Below, one piece after another: positions 51,661-64,000 of a stretch of DNA of 64,000 nt. The notes under the pieces are model-generated. The model was not told the origin of the DNA. It searched no databases and saw only the letters and a program-made list of their open reading frames with translations. The translations under genes were made by a program, and so were the position numbers. The stretch is from Octopus vulgaris. Its lineage: Eukaryota. How positions within the stretch are numbered: the first letter of the stretch is position 1; every line of letters starts with the position of its first letter. The stretch is from assembly GCA_951406725.2 (NCBI GenBank), contig OX597823.1, positions 3,658,001 through 3,722,000 on the forward strand, given 5' to 3'.

Positions 51661-52810
51661 GATATATGTATATGCATATGTGGGCACAGGATGTCACAAA
51701 ACGTGTACAACAAAAAAGTACGATGCATGAGTACATGGAACATGAACTATTCTTTTGAACAATGAAAGACACAAATGGAAAACAAAAAAAAAAAACAACA
51801 TAAAGAACGACCCTTCATCAGTTGTTGGCTGCTTTTTCTAGTCTCGTATTTTGAGCATTTAACAACAATATACGTTTTCGATAAAACAGCTGCTCCTGCA
51901 AAGCAAATAAAATAAAATTTGGGATTTTGCGGGGTGTCAAAATTGGTAACACAAACAGGACTGTGAAAACAAGCAGGAAGGGCTGCTAAGCCTAAACGAA
52001 GTTGTGGTGGTGAATGTGTAAATCGAGCCAGGACAGGAGACAAACTAGAAGACATCTTCCTTGTTCCAGCTACAATAGAGAGAAAGAAAGATGGCCAATG
52101 GTCTATATATGATGATGATGATGATGATGATATGTGTGGGGTGGTGGTGGTGGTGGTGACATTTTCAGATTTTTCTCCAGTTCAGCATAGATATTTTCAT
52201 ATTCATTAATCTTGAACATTACCTTAGCATCTTCTGGGAAACAAATTTCCACTGCTGTGCACAATTTTTTCCCCCTGGCTCCATTGCTGGGTTTACCTAT
52301 AGGCTTGGCAGGCTGGAGTCAAGAGCCTCAAAATCTAGAGGGCTTGCAGCTATTATGTATACGATCTTGACATTTTCATAGACCCTTTGGGAGAGAGCTT
52401 CACAAAGGAAATAGTCTAAGGTCTCTCTTCATCTAAATCCAGTATTGTCTGTCCCATATTATCATGTCTGGTCTGTTATGCTTGCATTTTACGAAAGTCT
52501 TAACAGGAATATTTCACCAGCATTCTTTCGTATGAGTTATTATATCCTCCACATTACAGACACAGACACACATGCATGCAAGTGTGTGTATGTTCTGTGT
52601 TGAGGAGGAATCACAGCTGAAAAATATATAATAAAATGATAGAAGTTATTTAAGAATCGTTTTCACATTTACCCAGCCCTACTTACACACAATATATGTG
52701 TGTATCATGCATGTGGCATGAGTAAATACTCAGGGTAGGTTATAGGTATTAAAATAAATTGCTGACAAACGGTCTACTCTTTATGGGACAATCACACACA
52801 TACACATAAC

Positions 52811-52961
52811 TTATTTTGGTCGAGTCAGTCTCTTGCTATTCTGAGTCTCACCTGTAAGTGCAGGGTATCTTCAAATAAGTTATGAGTCATAATTTACCTG
52901 AAGATCCTGTGCATCCACAAGTGAAACTCAGAGTAGCAAGAGACTAACTTGACCAAAATAA
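52811..52961. repeat. 151-nt palindrome (75-bp arms, about 81% identity) carrying hammerhead-like cores
   Basis: Symmetric about 52886 with no gaps. The right arm reads CUGAAGA-U-CCUGUG-CAUC-CACAAG-U-GAAA-CUC-A-GAG-UA. Confidence 0.8.
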
Positions 52962-53085
52962 AATATTATTAATCTCTATTACAGTATTGAGTACAACCAA
53001 TATTCAGCACTGAACAGCTATATGTGTGTATGCATGTATGCATGTATGTATGTATGTGTGTGTATGTATACCTGTATATATATAT

Positions 53086-53582
53086 ATCATCATCATCATC
53101 GTGTATGTATGCCTGTATATATATATATCATCATCATCAAATCGTCCAACCCATGCTTTCTATGCTAGCATGGGTTGGACGATTTGACTGAGGACTGGCA
53201 AACCAGATGGCTGCACCAGGTTCCAATCTGATCTGGCAGTTTCTACAGCTGGATGCCCTTCCTAACACCAACCACTCCGAGAGTGTAGTGGGTGCTTTTA
53301 AAGTGCCACCGGCACGAGGGCCAGTCTGGCGGTACTGGCAATGGCCACGCTCGAAAATGATGTTTTTTACGTGCCACCTACAACAGGAGTCAGTCCAGTG
53401 GCACTGGCAACAGCCTCACTCAAATGTTTTGTTCACGTACCACCGGCACAAGTGCCAGTGAGGCAACACTGACAACAATCACGCTCAAATGACTTTGGTT
53501 CAATTTCGATTTCGATTTCACTTGCCTCAACAGATCTTCACAAGCAGAGTTTTGTGTCCAAAGAAGGAAAGGTATGCATAAG
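53086..53582 (-). mobile_element. RTE 3' UTR fragment
   Basis: Reverse complement of 8965-9466-like sequence, joined to a SINE family A 3' half (53582-53976). Confidence 0.8.
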
Positions 53583-53674
53583 TTACGCCCCCATAACTTA
53601 GCGGTTCGGCAAAAGAGACTGATAAAATAAGTAATAGGCTTACAAACATCACACACACATATATATATATGTAA

Positions 53675-53755
<81 letters not shown>

Positions 53756-54751
53756 CATGTATATGTTTGTGTGTCTGTGTTTGTTCCCCCAACATTGCTT
53801 GGCAACTGATGCCGGTGTGTTTACGCCCCCGTAACTTAGTGGTTCGGCAAAAGAGACTGATAGAATAAGTAATAGGCTTACAAAGAATAAGTCCTGGGAT
53901 CGATTTGTTCGACTAAAGGCGGTGCTCCAGCATGGCCGCAGTCAAATGACTGAAACAAGTAAAAGAATAAAAGAATACAGGGACACACAATCGCACACAC
54001 ACACACATGATGGAATGGGCTGAGGTGGAATGATATAAAAGATGATAATAATCTGGTGTGACAGCAGGAGTAAAATTTCATTGTGAAATGTTTGAAAGCC
54101 AGCTTGATAGAAGAAGCCATACATCTCTTAACGGCTGCTCTTTGCTTGTCATATGGCTGCCATCTTGTATCAAATTGCATTCTCTTATTGTTTTTTTTTT
54201 TTCCATACTATTTTACTTTTTCTTCTTCCCTTTCTGGCACTATCGTTGCTGTTCCCACTCTTCTAGTTCAACTACTCTTACTTATAGTAGTAGTAGTATT
54301 ATTATCATTAGTGTTAGTATTAGTAGTGGTAGGGGCCAAGATGCATTATACAGCTGTATGGAATATGTGTGCGGATCAGTTTAAGCCGTTCAGTTTTCTT
54401 AACATTAAAACATCGTTTGCCTTCACCACCCTCAGGGTTTTGCATATAACCTTTTTTTTTGCATGTTGTTTTTGTTGTTGTTGTTTCTTTGTCACTTGGA
54501 AGCCATCTGGTGAGGCAGTGTGGTGAATGTAACGTTGATTGCTTATTCAACCTTTACTGTTATGTTAGATTCGATCGGGGAAAGACAATGAAGAAGTACA
54601 TGAAATTCAGTTTATATACACACGTACATGCATACAATAAACATACACATGCACATACACTCACAGTTATATATGCATACATGTGGGTGGGTGTGTACAT
54701 GTGATGTGTATATGTGTACACCCCCCACACACATACCTATATGTAAGTGTG

Positions 54752-54788
<37 letters not shown>

Positions 54789-54881
54789 GTATGTATATAA
54801 AGCAAGGGAAAAGAAAAATGAGGTTATATACACCTATTTCCTACATCAACTTAAAAGTTTGAGTGTGCGCACGCATGTGTA

Positions 54882-55506
54882 CAGGGTGCGATGGGTAAAT
54901 TGTTGCCATTTTATATTTTTAATTTCATGCTTGCGCATTGTTTGTTTTTGATTTTGTTGACTACACAGTATAGTAGGGTCAGTTGGGCACTGTCTGTGAG
55001 AAAAACAGCAACATGACACAATTCAATTTGTCAGAAATTTGGAAACAACATGCTGTACTGCTTGGCATTCATGCCAGAAGCTCCAATATGAACATTTCAG
55101 AGTGTTTGGGTGTCAATCTGAGGACATGTACTGAGTGTGATAAGAATCAATAATCCAGTCAACATCAGGTGTTTGAAGTGGTCACTAGTGATGGCAATGC
55201 TATGCCTCCATTCATCTTCCCACATGGCCTCAGACACAACATGGAGGTCTACATCAAGTGCCTGGAGGAGGTAGTGCAGCCCCGGGTCAAGAGGCTGGCT
55301 GCTGGAAGACCCTATGTCTGGCAACAGGAATCTGCACCATGCCACACAAGCAGGAGAATCCAGTCATGGCTGTCAGACAATTTCTGTGACCACACCACCC
55401 CTAACATCTGGCCAACTAACTCCCCACACTGCAACAGACCAACAAAACTCCTTGTGACACCAAAGATGAACTGAAGGCAAGGATTATGGCAACATTCATC
55501 AACTTA
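54882..55506 (+). mobile_element. Second DD37D (maT) deletion derivative, 3'-truncated
   Basis: TA|CAGGGTG start and WQQESAPCHTSRR...IWPTNSP. Colinear with 29492-30170. Confidence 0.85.
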
Positions 55507-55601
55507 CATATATATATATATATATCATCATCATACATACATACATATATACATATATATATATATCATCATCATCATACATACATACATACATATATAT
55601 A

Positions 55602-55915
55602 TCATCATCATCATCATCATCATCATCATTTAATGTTCATTTTCCATGCTGGCATGGGTTGGATGGTTTGACTGAGATCTGGAGAGCCAGCAGCTGCACC
55701 AGGCTCCAGTCTGATCTGGCAATGTTTCTATGGCTTGATGCCCTTCCTAACGCCAACCACTCCAAGAGTCTAATGGGTGCTTTTTACATGCCACCAGCAC
55801 AGGAACCAGTTAGGCAGGCGTGGCATTGATACCATTTGGATAGTGCTTTTTACATGCCAATGACACGGGAGCCAGTCAGGGCATACTGGCATTGGCTATG
55901 TTCGGACAGTGCTTT
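55602..55915 (-). mobile_element. RTE tail with array units
   Basis: (CAT)n followed by the tail. Confidence 0.8.
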
Positions 55916-56085
55916 ACACACACGTTATATATTGTGTGTGTGTGTGCATGCATGCATAAATTGAATTCTTTTCCCATATTCAAGGCTTTCATGAAGCTAT
56001 AAGGGGTTATTCAAGTGCTCAGCTTTGGGTCCACTGCATCTTATAAACCGAAACAGCAATAAGCTAATGAAGTTCATATACATAC

Positions 56086-56152
<67 letters not shown>

Positions 56153-56159
56153 CATACAT

Positions 56160-56588
56160 AGGCACCATTCGAGTGTGATCGTTACCAGCTTTGCCTTACT
56201 GGCACTTGTGCCCCGTGCTAGTAGGGTGCTAAGAGCACCATCTGAGCATGAACGTTGCCAGAGCAGCTAACTGGCTTCTGTGTTGTTGGCATGTGTAAAA
56301 AACAAAATTTGAGCGAGGTTGTTACCAGCATCACCTTACTGGCATCTGTAAAAGATTCGAGCGAGGTCATTGCCAGTACCACCTGACTGGCCCTCTGCCG
56401 GTGGCACGTAGAAGCGCCCACTACACTCTCAGAGTGGTTGGCGTTAGGAAGGGCATTCAGCCATAGAATCTCTGCCAGATCAAGACTGAAGCCTGGTGCA
56501 GCCATCTGGTTCGCCAGCCCTCAGTCAAACCATCCAACCCATGCTAGCATGGAAAGTGGACGTTAAACGATGAAGATGATGATGATGA
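56160..56588 (+). mobile_element. RTE 3' fragment with four diverged array units
   Basis: Repeated ccag...ctggc stems, the tail and (GAT)n. Confidence 0.8.
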
Positions 56589-59500
56589 CATACATATACA
56601 TATACACATGCATTGCATACATGCAAAGAGAAGAACTACAGTTTTTGTATCCAAGCTCACAATTTTCCTTTGTATCTATTATCATAGGTGCTGTAGGCTA
56701 TACAACAATAAATCTGCATAACAATTCAGAAATGCATAAATATTCTTTGGCTCTCCAAAAAACAAAAACAGACCAGATTGGTTCATATTCCCTAGATACC
56801 ATCGATTAGATGTAGAGTAAAAATCTGTAAAACATTCCAGGGATTCTTAATTTTAAGTTCCTGGGTGAATAATATTCACACAATCCCATGTACATGGGGA
56901 ATATAGAAGCATATACATGCACAGTCTGGGATACAAAATGCACACTTATGTACTAATGTGATACATACGTGCATCCACTACATGAATGTAGGTTTATCCA
57001 CATGCACACACACACACACAGGCATTTATGCATACAATCCAGGTAACCACAAATCCCAAGAGTTATCTTAAGTTAAACAAAAGAGCCTGGTCATTTTGTT
57101 AATGATTGGAAGGAAGTTTGGAAATTTTAAGCCCCAAAGAAGCACAGACGCCTCATACATGAATGTGTTACAACAAGGGGCCTAAAGTCAAAGAGAGCCC
57201 ATCTATGTGTTGCTCGACTTGTTAGGAATAACAGCTGAATCTCTTTCAAACCACACCATACCATCTTAAACAATGGCCAATGCAGTGTGCTTTGATAAAT
57301 ACCTGTGAGCTAAGTGAAATCGTACTTGTCACAAGTGCTGGTGTTACATACAAGGCACCTTTGCTGGTGATACGGACAAAGCACTTGTGCCAGTGACAAG
57401 TAAAAGGCACCTGTGCCAGTGGCACTTAAGACATCAAGTACACTCTATGGAGTGGTTGGCATTAGAAAGGACATCCAGCTGTAGAAACCAAACCAAAATG
57501 GATTGGAGCCTAGTGCAGCTCTATGACTGACTGGTTCCAGTCCATGGAAAAGGGACACTAAATGATGACGATGATGGTGATGATGATGATGATGATGATG
57601 TAAACATAGGATGGTCACATAGGTTTGCTTTATCAAAAGAGACATGGGGACTAAACAACAACAGCTACTACTACTACTACTACCGCTTCTATGAACCCTT
57701 CTTCAGCAGCAGAACAAAGGGAAAGGTTTCAGTAATAGTGCATCAATATTTTTGTTTTTGGGGTCAAATTAAATTGCCATTGAGTGAGGCCCTACCTATA
57801 CATACCTCTTGGGTGTGGCCTATTGCAGATAAGATATGAAATTTCTCATGTCAAGCAGGGTGAAATATTTATTTTGTCGATAGGAGAAGCCTAAAGAAAA
57901 TAGATCCCATGTGTTGAAGATTTCAGAAAGTCATCCTTCATTTTATTATTCTTTTTACATCATTTCATTGCAATTTAATTTTTGCTTTATCATATTTAAA
58001 TTATTTAATAATAATAAATACTTTATCACAATAAAATAGAACATTTTCTTGAAATCAATTGAAAATAATCCTCATTTTTGAATTCACTAAAATTTGAAAA
58101 CCAACTAAAAAATTATAGATAACAGTACAAGCATGGCTGGGTGGTTAAGAAGTTAGCTTTGCAATCATAAAGTTTTGAGTTCAATTTCATTGTGTGACAC
58201 CTTGGGCATTTTATTTTTCCTTCTATTGCCCCAGGGCTGATCAAAGCTTTGAGATTGAATATGCTGGAGGAAAACTATATGGAAGCACATCAGGTGCGAG
58301 AGTTGTGTATAAGGTTAAGTGCTTTATGGATGGGAATCCATTGGTCACTCTATGGCTGGCCATATAATCAAACTCCTGTAAATATATATATATATATCTA
58401 TATATGTATGTACACACACACGTGTGTGTTAGTAACGAACTTGAAGAATTAAAACGTGTACCCTAATCCATCAAAAAATTGCACACCAGCATCAATTTAT
58501 TAAAACAAAAATTCTATTAAAAAGCCTGTGTACACACACACACACACAGATGTAGAAGTGTGTGTGTGAATTTTTATTGTATCTCTTGCCCTCAAGTTAC
58601 CTCAACTCATTATTGACGGGATGTTGTGTATTATATTATATTATGTTATACTATGTTATATTATATTATACATCTAATGTTAATATTTCTCTAAGATTAT
58701 TATTTTGTAATACATTCATTTTAATATTTTTTTTTTTTGCTTTTGAGGGGATATTGCTACATATTGAAACAACCGTATAATTAATAGGTGATGCTTCATT
58801 AATAAAGTATTCCATGAATATATGTACATACGACTGCATGCACACACACATACACATACACACACACGCACATACACATGCATACACACAGACTGGGTCT
58901 GTATTATAGGAAATTTGACAACCCTACCGTTCTCCTACATATTTCATCTACAAACCCCTAATCTTTTTTTACTTATTTCATCACCACAAACCTATTAAAA
59001 TGCTATTATTGATCTTATTTAATCCCAAGATGGCCCTGATCAAGCAGATCTATGATCAAATCAGCTTATTAGGGATTATCTGGTGTGTCCTTTATTTTAT
59101 AAGACAGTATGTGTGATTTGAGGGAGATTTAGATGCTATTTCTTTCAGGTGGAGCAATCTATATGCAAGGTCCTGTGTGAGATTGACTATTAAACAAGAA
59201 TTTCTGTAGTTTTGGGACCTTCAACATTTAAAGGATGGTACTGTTAAAGAGACCCCGTTATCTCATTGGTGAAACAGTACTGAAGGGTGATAAGGGCAGG
59301 GCTTATGGCTGACATTTCACGTTCAGAAACTTAAAATATACACACACAGCTGCGCACATGCTGCCCCCACCCACTGTGCCAATGCCGCCGCTACCACCAC
59401 CATCATCGATATTATCAGATCACTACCACCACCACCACCACCACCACCGCCATCATCACCATCAACATCATCAATACCACCACCATCACCAACATCACCA

Positions 59501-60174
59501 TCAATATCATCAACATCATTAGCACCACCAACATTAAAATACCGCCACCAGCATCACCACCATCACCATAAGTATCTCCACCAATAGTAGTAATAGAACC
59601 ACTACCACCCCACTAGCATCAACATCAGCACCATCAGCACAACAAACATCAACTTCACCTGGCACTTTTGAGTGCCTTTAGTGGGTCCACTCCCTTGTAA
59701 GCATTCAGACCCTATCTCCAGTTTGGAGATAATTCCCTCGCACCACTCACAGAGCCCCTTAAAAGTATTCCATGAATGATGGGAGTCCTTTTCTGGGTCA
59801 CAGACAGTACACTTCTTCCTCTGAGTAAGGTGCTAATTAAAAAATAAAAGATTAATGAATTTTAAATTTGCCTCACATGTTTGAAAGAGTAATAAGAATG
59901 TCTTCTAATGAAAGAAAGCCCAAAGTTTATAATTTCTCATGGAAAAAACAAAAAATTTCCAAAAACGTGGAATTTAATTATATTCACAACATTCTCAATT
60001 GAATTTGTTAGGAAATACCAAAAAACAAAAAAAAAAAAAAGACATTACTTCATTCAGGAATTGAACCCAGATTACAGCTTTTGCATAATTCAGGCATATC
60101 TTTATTTGATTATGCTAACCATTAAAACAATATATGATGTTTAACAGATGCACATTGTTTCACATTTATGAGGG

Positions 60175-60728
60175 GAACTGGCTCTCTATTGGTTATGGCA
60201 ATGACAAGTGTCCTATTTGATTCGATCAACGGAACAGCCTGCTCATGAAGCTAATGTGCAAGTGGCTGAGCGCTCCCCAGACATGCATACCCTTAACCCA
60301 TTAAGTACCAGAGTATTTAAATATCTGAATATTTTAAAATTTTACAGATGATTGAAAATAGGTTAAAATGAAAAAAAAATAATTATTAAAACTCCTTTGC
60401 TTCAAGTAGAAATGGAAATACTCGGTGTCCTATAAATAGGACACTGAGACAATGTGATATAGGTTATTTAATGTTCTCATTTTGTGTCCTATTTATAGGA
60501 CAGTGGGACTTAATGGGTTAATGCATTTTGTTCACAGGGAGATTCAGTAGGGCACAGAATGCAACAAGGCTGGCCCTTTCAATTGCAGGTACAACTTATT
60601 TTTGCCAGCTGAGTGGACTGAAGTAACGTAAAATAAAGTGTCTTGCTCAAGGACACAAGGCACCACTGGGAATCGAACTCACAACCTTACGGCCATGAGC
60701 TGAATACCCTAACCAATAAACCATGTGC
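60175..60728 (-). mobile_element. SINE family C interrupted by a piggyBac-like MITE
   Basis: tRNA-like head at 60660-60728 (gagttcgattcc) and the shared central block. Confidence 0.7.
60297..60517. mobile_element. piggyBac-like MITE
   Basis: TTAA TSD at 60293-60296 and 60518-60521. TIRs CCCATTAAGT(A/C)CCA. Internal palindromes GTGTCCTATAAATAGGACAC and TGTCCTATTTATAGGACA. Confidence 0.85.
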
Positions 60729-60958
60729 CTTCACAAGAGGAGGGAATAATCAGTTCTATAAACACCAACACTGGTGTGTATTTTGTCAATGCCTACCTGC
60801 CCCAGAAAGGTAGGAAAGCAAAGACCAAAGACAGCCCAAGAATATATCTAAACATAGCAACATCATTCTGCTCAGAAAACAATAACAATAGCAAAGAATT
60901 TTTGAAAAGTAAGACTTTTTTTTTTTGTTTCTGCCCAGGAAAGAAATATAATTATTAA

Positions 60959-61544
60959 CCCTTTCGTCACTGTATTTATTCTGAGATGTTCTGTGTTTGT
61001 TTCAATTACTTTAAATATAACAAAGAATTTAGTAAATTAACTTAGTTATCATTCAGCTAGTGTTAGGAACATAAATTGTGACTAAGGTTTGGTGGAAGAT
61101 TTGTACTACAAAGCCAGAGATGGTTTCAGCCAGGTTGATATTGAAATGGTTTAAAATATCATGGTGACTTTAACCCTTTTGTTACCATATTTCTGTTGAG
61201 ATGCTTTGTCATCATCATCATCATCATTTAACGCCCGCTTTCCATGCTAGCATGGGTTGGATGATTTGACTGAGGACTGGCAAACCAGATGGCCGCATCA
61301 GGCTCCAGTCTTGATATGGCAGAGTTTCTACAGCTGGATGCCCTTCCTAACACCAACCACTTTCTTTTAATTAATTTTAAATATAACAAAGAATTTAGTA
61401 AAATAACTTAGTTATCATTCAGCTAGTGTTAGAAACATAAATTGTGACCAAGATTTGGTGGAAGATTTTAATTCAAAACTTATGAAAACAAGACATTTGT
61501 ATTCAGAGCCAGAGATGGTTTCAGCTGGGTTGGTAATGAAAGTG
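60959..61544. mobile_element. Two tandem piggyBac-like MITEs, the second interrupted by an RTE tail (61209-61360)
   Basis: TTAA|CCCTTT starts at 60959 and 61174, with a shared internal sequence. Confidence 0.7.
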
Positions 61545-61665
61545 TTAAACAGGATAAGTTTTTCAATACCCTACTTTCTGCTCACTCATCATTATCTTCA
61601 AGATAATTTGTATTTTACATCTTTTACACTTCATTATCATTATCCCTGCTATCATTCTATCGTTA

Positions 61666-61885
61666 AGGTGGTGAGCTGGCAGAAACGTTAGCACACCAAG
61701 CGAAATGCTTAGCAGTATTTCGTCTGTCTTTACATTTTGAGTTCAAATTCCGCCGAGGTCAACTTTACCTTTCACCTTTTCAGGGTCAATAAATGAAGTA
61801 CCAGTTGCGTACTGGGATCAATCTAATAGACTGGCTCCCTCCCCCAAAATTTCAGGCCTTTCTCTCAGAGTAGAAAAGGATTATC
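61666..61885 (+). mobile_element. Full SINE family B
   Basis: ggtggtgagctggcagaa...gagttcaaattcc...cagggtcaataaatgaagtacc. Confidence 0.8.
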
Positions 61886-62077
61886 CTTACTACCACCACC
61901 AACATCGCCTACATTATTGATAGTGTTGTTGTCATTGCTGGCGTTAACATCACAGTCATCACAACTATCATCATCATCATTAGCAGCATGATTACTATAC
62001 ACGATTACCATACACTTTACCATTATAATGCCTCCCTTAATGATCACTGTTCATTTTTTATTTATTTTTAACTAACT

Positions 62078-62757
62078 GCTAAAATTGCCAAGAAGGCTGA
62101 GGGTGTCTTGGCATCACTCACCAAGTCCTTTGTGAGCCGCTCTCCAGCTATCTATCTGCGGCTTTATATAGCTATGGTATGACCTCACCAGGAATTTGCA
62201 TCCACGGTCTGGAACCCCTATCTTGCCCAGGATATTAATCATCTGGAAACCGTTCAGCGACGTGCAACCAAGAGAATACCCTCCATCAGGCATTTGCCAT
62301 ATTCTGAATGCCTTACTTCCCTGGGCATGGATACATTGAAACTCCGACGTCTGGCAGCTGACTTGGCAGACACCCATAAAATTATTAACCATCTTACAAA
62401 CAATAACTCTGAGCACCTTTTCTAACACTCGTGGACATATTTACAAAGTCAGAAAACAGCACAGCTCCCATGACTTTCGGAAACATTTTTATATGCTAAG
62501 AGTTGCTGAAGCATGGAACAAACTGCTGGCATCAGTTGTTAGTTGTCGGAGCACTGCATCCTTCAAAACTTCCATGCTTCCTGAGATTCGCCAACACTAC
62601 ACCTGATTGTCTCCCCTCCATACACACACAAGCATGTATCTGACTCATGTATTGTTCGCTTTCCAGACATTTCTACATTACTGCATATACTCTATATGCA
62701 CTTTCTGACAAGTTGTGGTGCACCTGAGCACTGTATACAATAATTTCATTATTATTA
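62078..62757 (+). mobile_element. Decayed CR1-clade LINE 3' end (second family)
   Basis: LYIAMV*PHQEFASTVWNPYLAQDINHLETVQRRATKRIP...LKLRRLAADL, with an (ATT)n tail. Confidence 0.85.
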
Positions 62758-63049
62758 TATACATACTTTAATTTATATATTTATATGTATGTATACATAC
62801 ATACACAGGGTGTGCATAAATTACCGTTACAATTTGAAAAAGTAAGAAAAAAAGCCAAAAATAAGGATAACTCAGTGAGTTTATTTGAAAACATAGGCAA
62901 ACAAATAAAGTTTTATTAGAAATCACAACACTTCCAAGAAGCTGATTGCTGGATCTCAATTTTAACAGACACAATAAACTGCAGAAGTTGTAAAGATAAT
63001 TCATGGACACCCTATGTATATACACGTGTATGCGTGCATACTTATGCAT

Positions 63050-63315
63050 CACCAACATCATCATCATCATCATCATCATTTAATGTCTGCTTTCCATGCT
63101 GGCATGGGTTGGACAGTTTGACAAGCTGGAGAGCTACACCAGTCTTTAATTGTCTGTTTTGGCATAGTTTCCAGGGCTGGATGCCCTCCATAATGCTAAC
63201 CACTTTACAGAGTGTACTGGGTGCTTTTTATGTGAAACTAGAAGAGGTGCTCTATATGTGGCACCAGCACGGATGCTTTTTACGTGGCATTAGCACTGGT
63301 GTGGCACCAGCATGG
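63050..63315 (-). mobile_element. Old RTE-tail fragment
   Basis: (CAT)n followed by tttccatgctggcatgggttgg. Confidence 0.7.
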
Positions 63316-64000
63316 GTATATCAGTATAACGTGTGTATATATGAATATATGAATGTGCACATATCATGGTATTCCCCTCGAGGGATCCTCTCATATTGAC
63401 TTACAGTGCTCGGAGCACAGACATGTACCACCAGCAGATGAGAATTGTCCAGCTTGTGGGACAGAACTGCCAGATCACATGACTTCAACTAATCCTCTCC
63501 TCTATGATTTGTTGTCCCTGTGCTTAAATTAGAAACCATTATGACAGACTAAGCCAAATCCGGAAATGATTAAAGCCATTTTTGCAAGAGAACCCCAACA
63601 GGAAATGAAACAATAAAACATTTTTTTAGTAAACAGAAGAAAAGTTTACAAAATCCAGGCATTGAATGGAAGTGTGTGAATATTCGTTATTATTTGGTGT
63701 TCAAATAATGATAAGAAAAGCAGTTCTAGATTTTGAACTGGCACGAAATTCTTCACTGATTAACAACACGTTTCTGTATTTGTGCTCTTCCCAAGCAAGA
63801 CACATCATGGATAGATCTACTTTCTTAAGCTCATGTTCATGATAAAAGAGGCCTAAGATTTAATCTATATGGCTTTCTTTCAAGATAGCAATATAATTTC
63901 AACAGATACCCTTAGTTTTCATGATGGACATAAAGAATATTAGTTTTCTAACTTCCAACATGAAAGATCGACTTACAACAAAAGCAAACGTTTGCTGAAA

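Noticed and set aside
51808-51830. CTGATGA on the minus strand (also at 42267 and 48236 on +)
   Set aside because: No correctly placed stem II, GAAA or stem I, so these were not called hammerheads.
52282-52447. Possible small hAT MITE (CATTGCTGGGTTTA / TAAATCCAGTATTG)
   Set aside because: The TIR match is weak and there is no convincing TSD.

Overview
AT-rich, repeat-saturated eukaryotic DNA with no host gene exon I can support, so it is intronic or intergenic. The repeat repertoire (RTE LINEs with (GAT)n tails, several tRNA-derived SINE families, CR1 fragments, mariner/maT/hAT/piggyBac relics and dense microsatellites) suggests an animal, most likely a cephalopod such as Octopus; this is inference. 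Almost all ORFs in the track are microsatellite or repeat artefacts. The real protein relics are two 5'-truncated RTE reverse transcriptases, two CR1-type 3' ends and several Tc1/mariner transposase fragments. Main unexplained signals: (1) at least six hammerhead-ribozyme-like motifs of the minimal type-I, Penelope-like design, several in head-to-head fold-backs with the cores pointing outward; (2) a C4HC3 PHD-type finger inserted inside the RTE reverse-transcriptase domain; (3) a copy-number-variable 63-bp array in the RTE 3' UTR whose units keep two stems while the loops vary; (4) several clean nested insertions with target-site duplications (TSDs). All coordinates and base pairings were read by eye.
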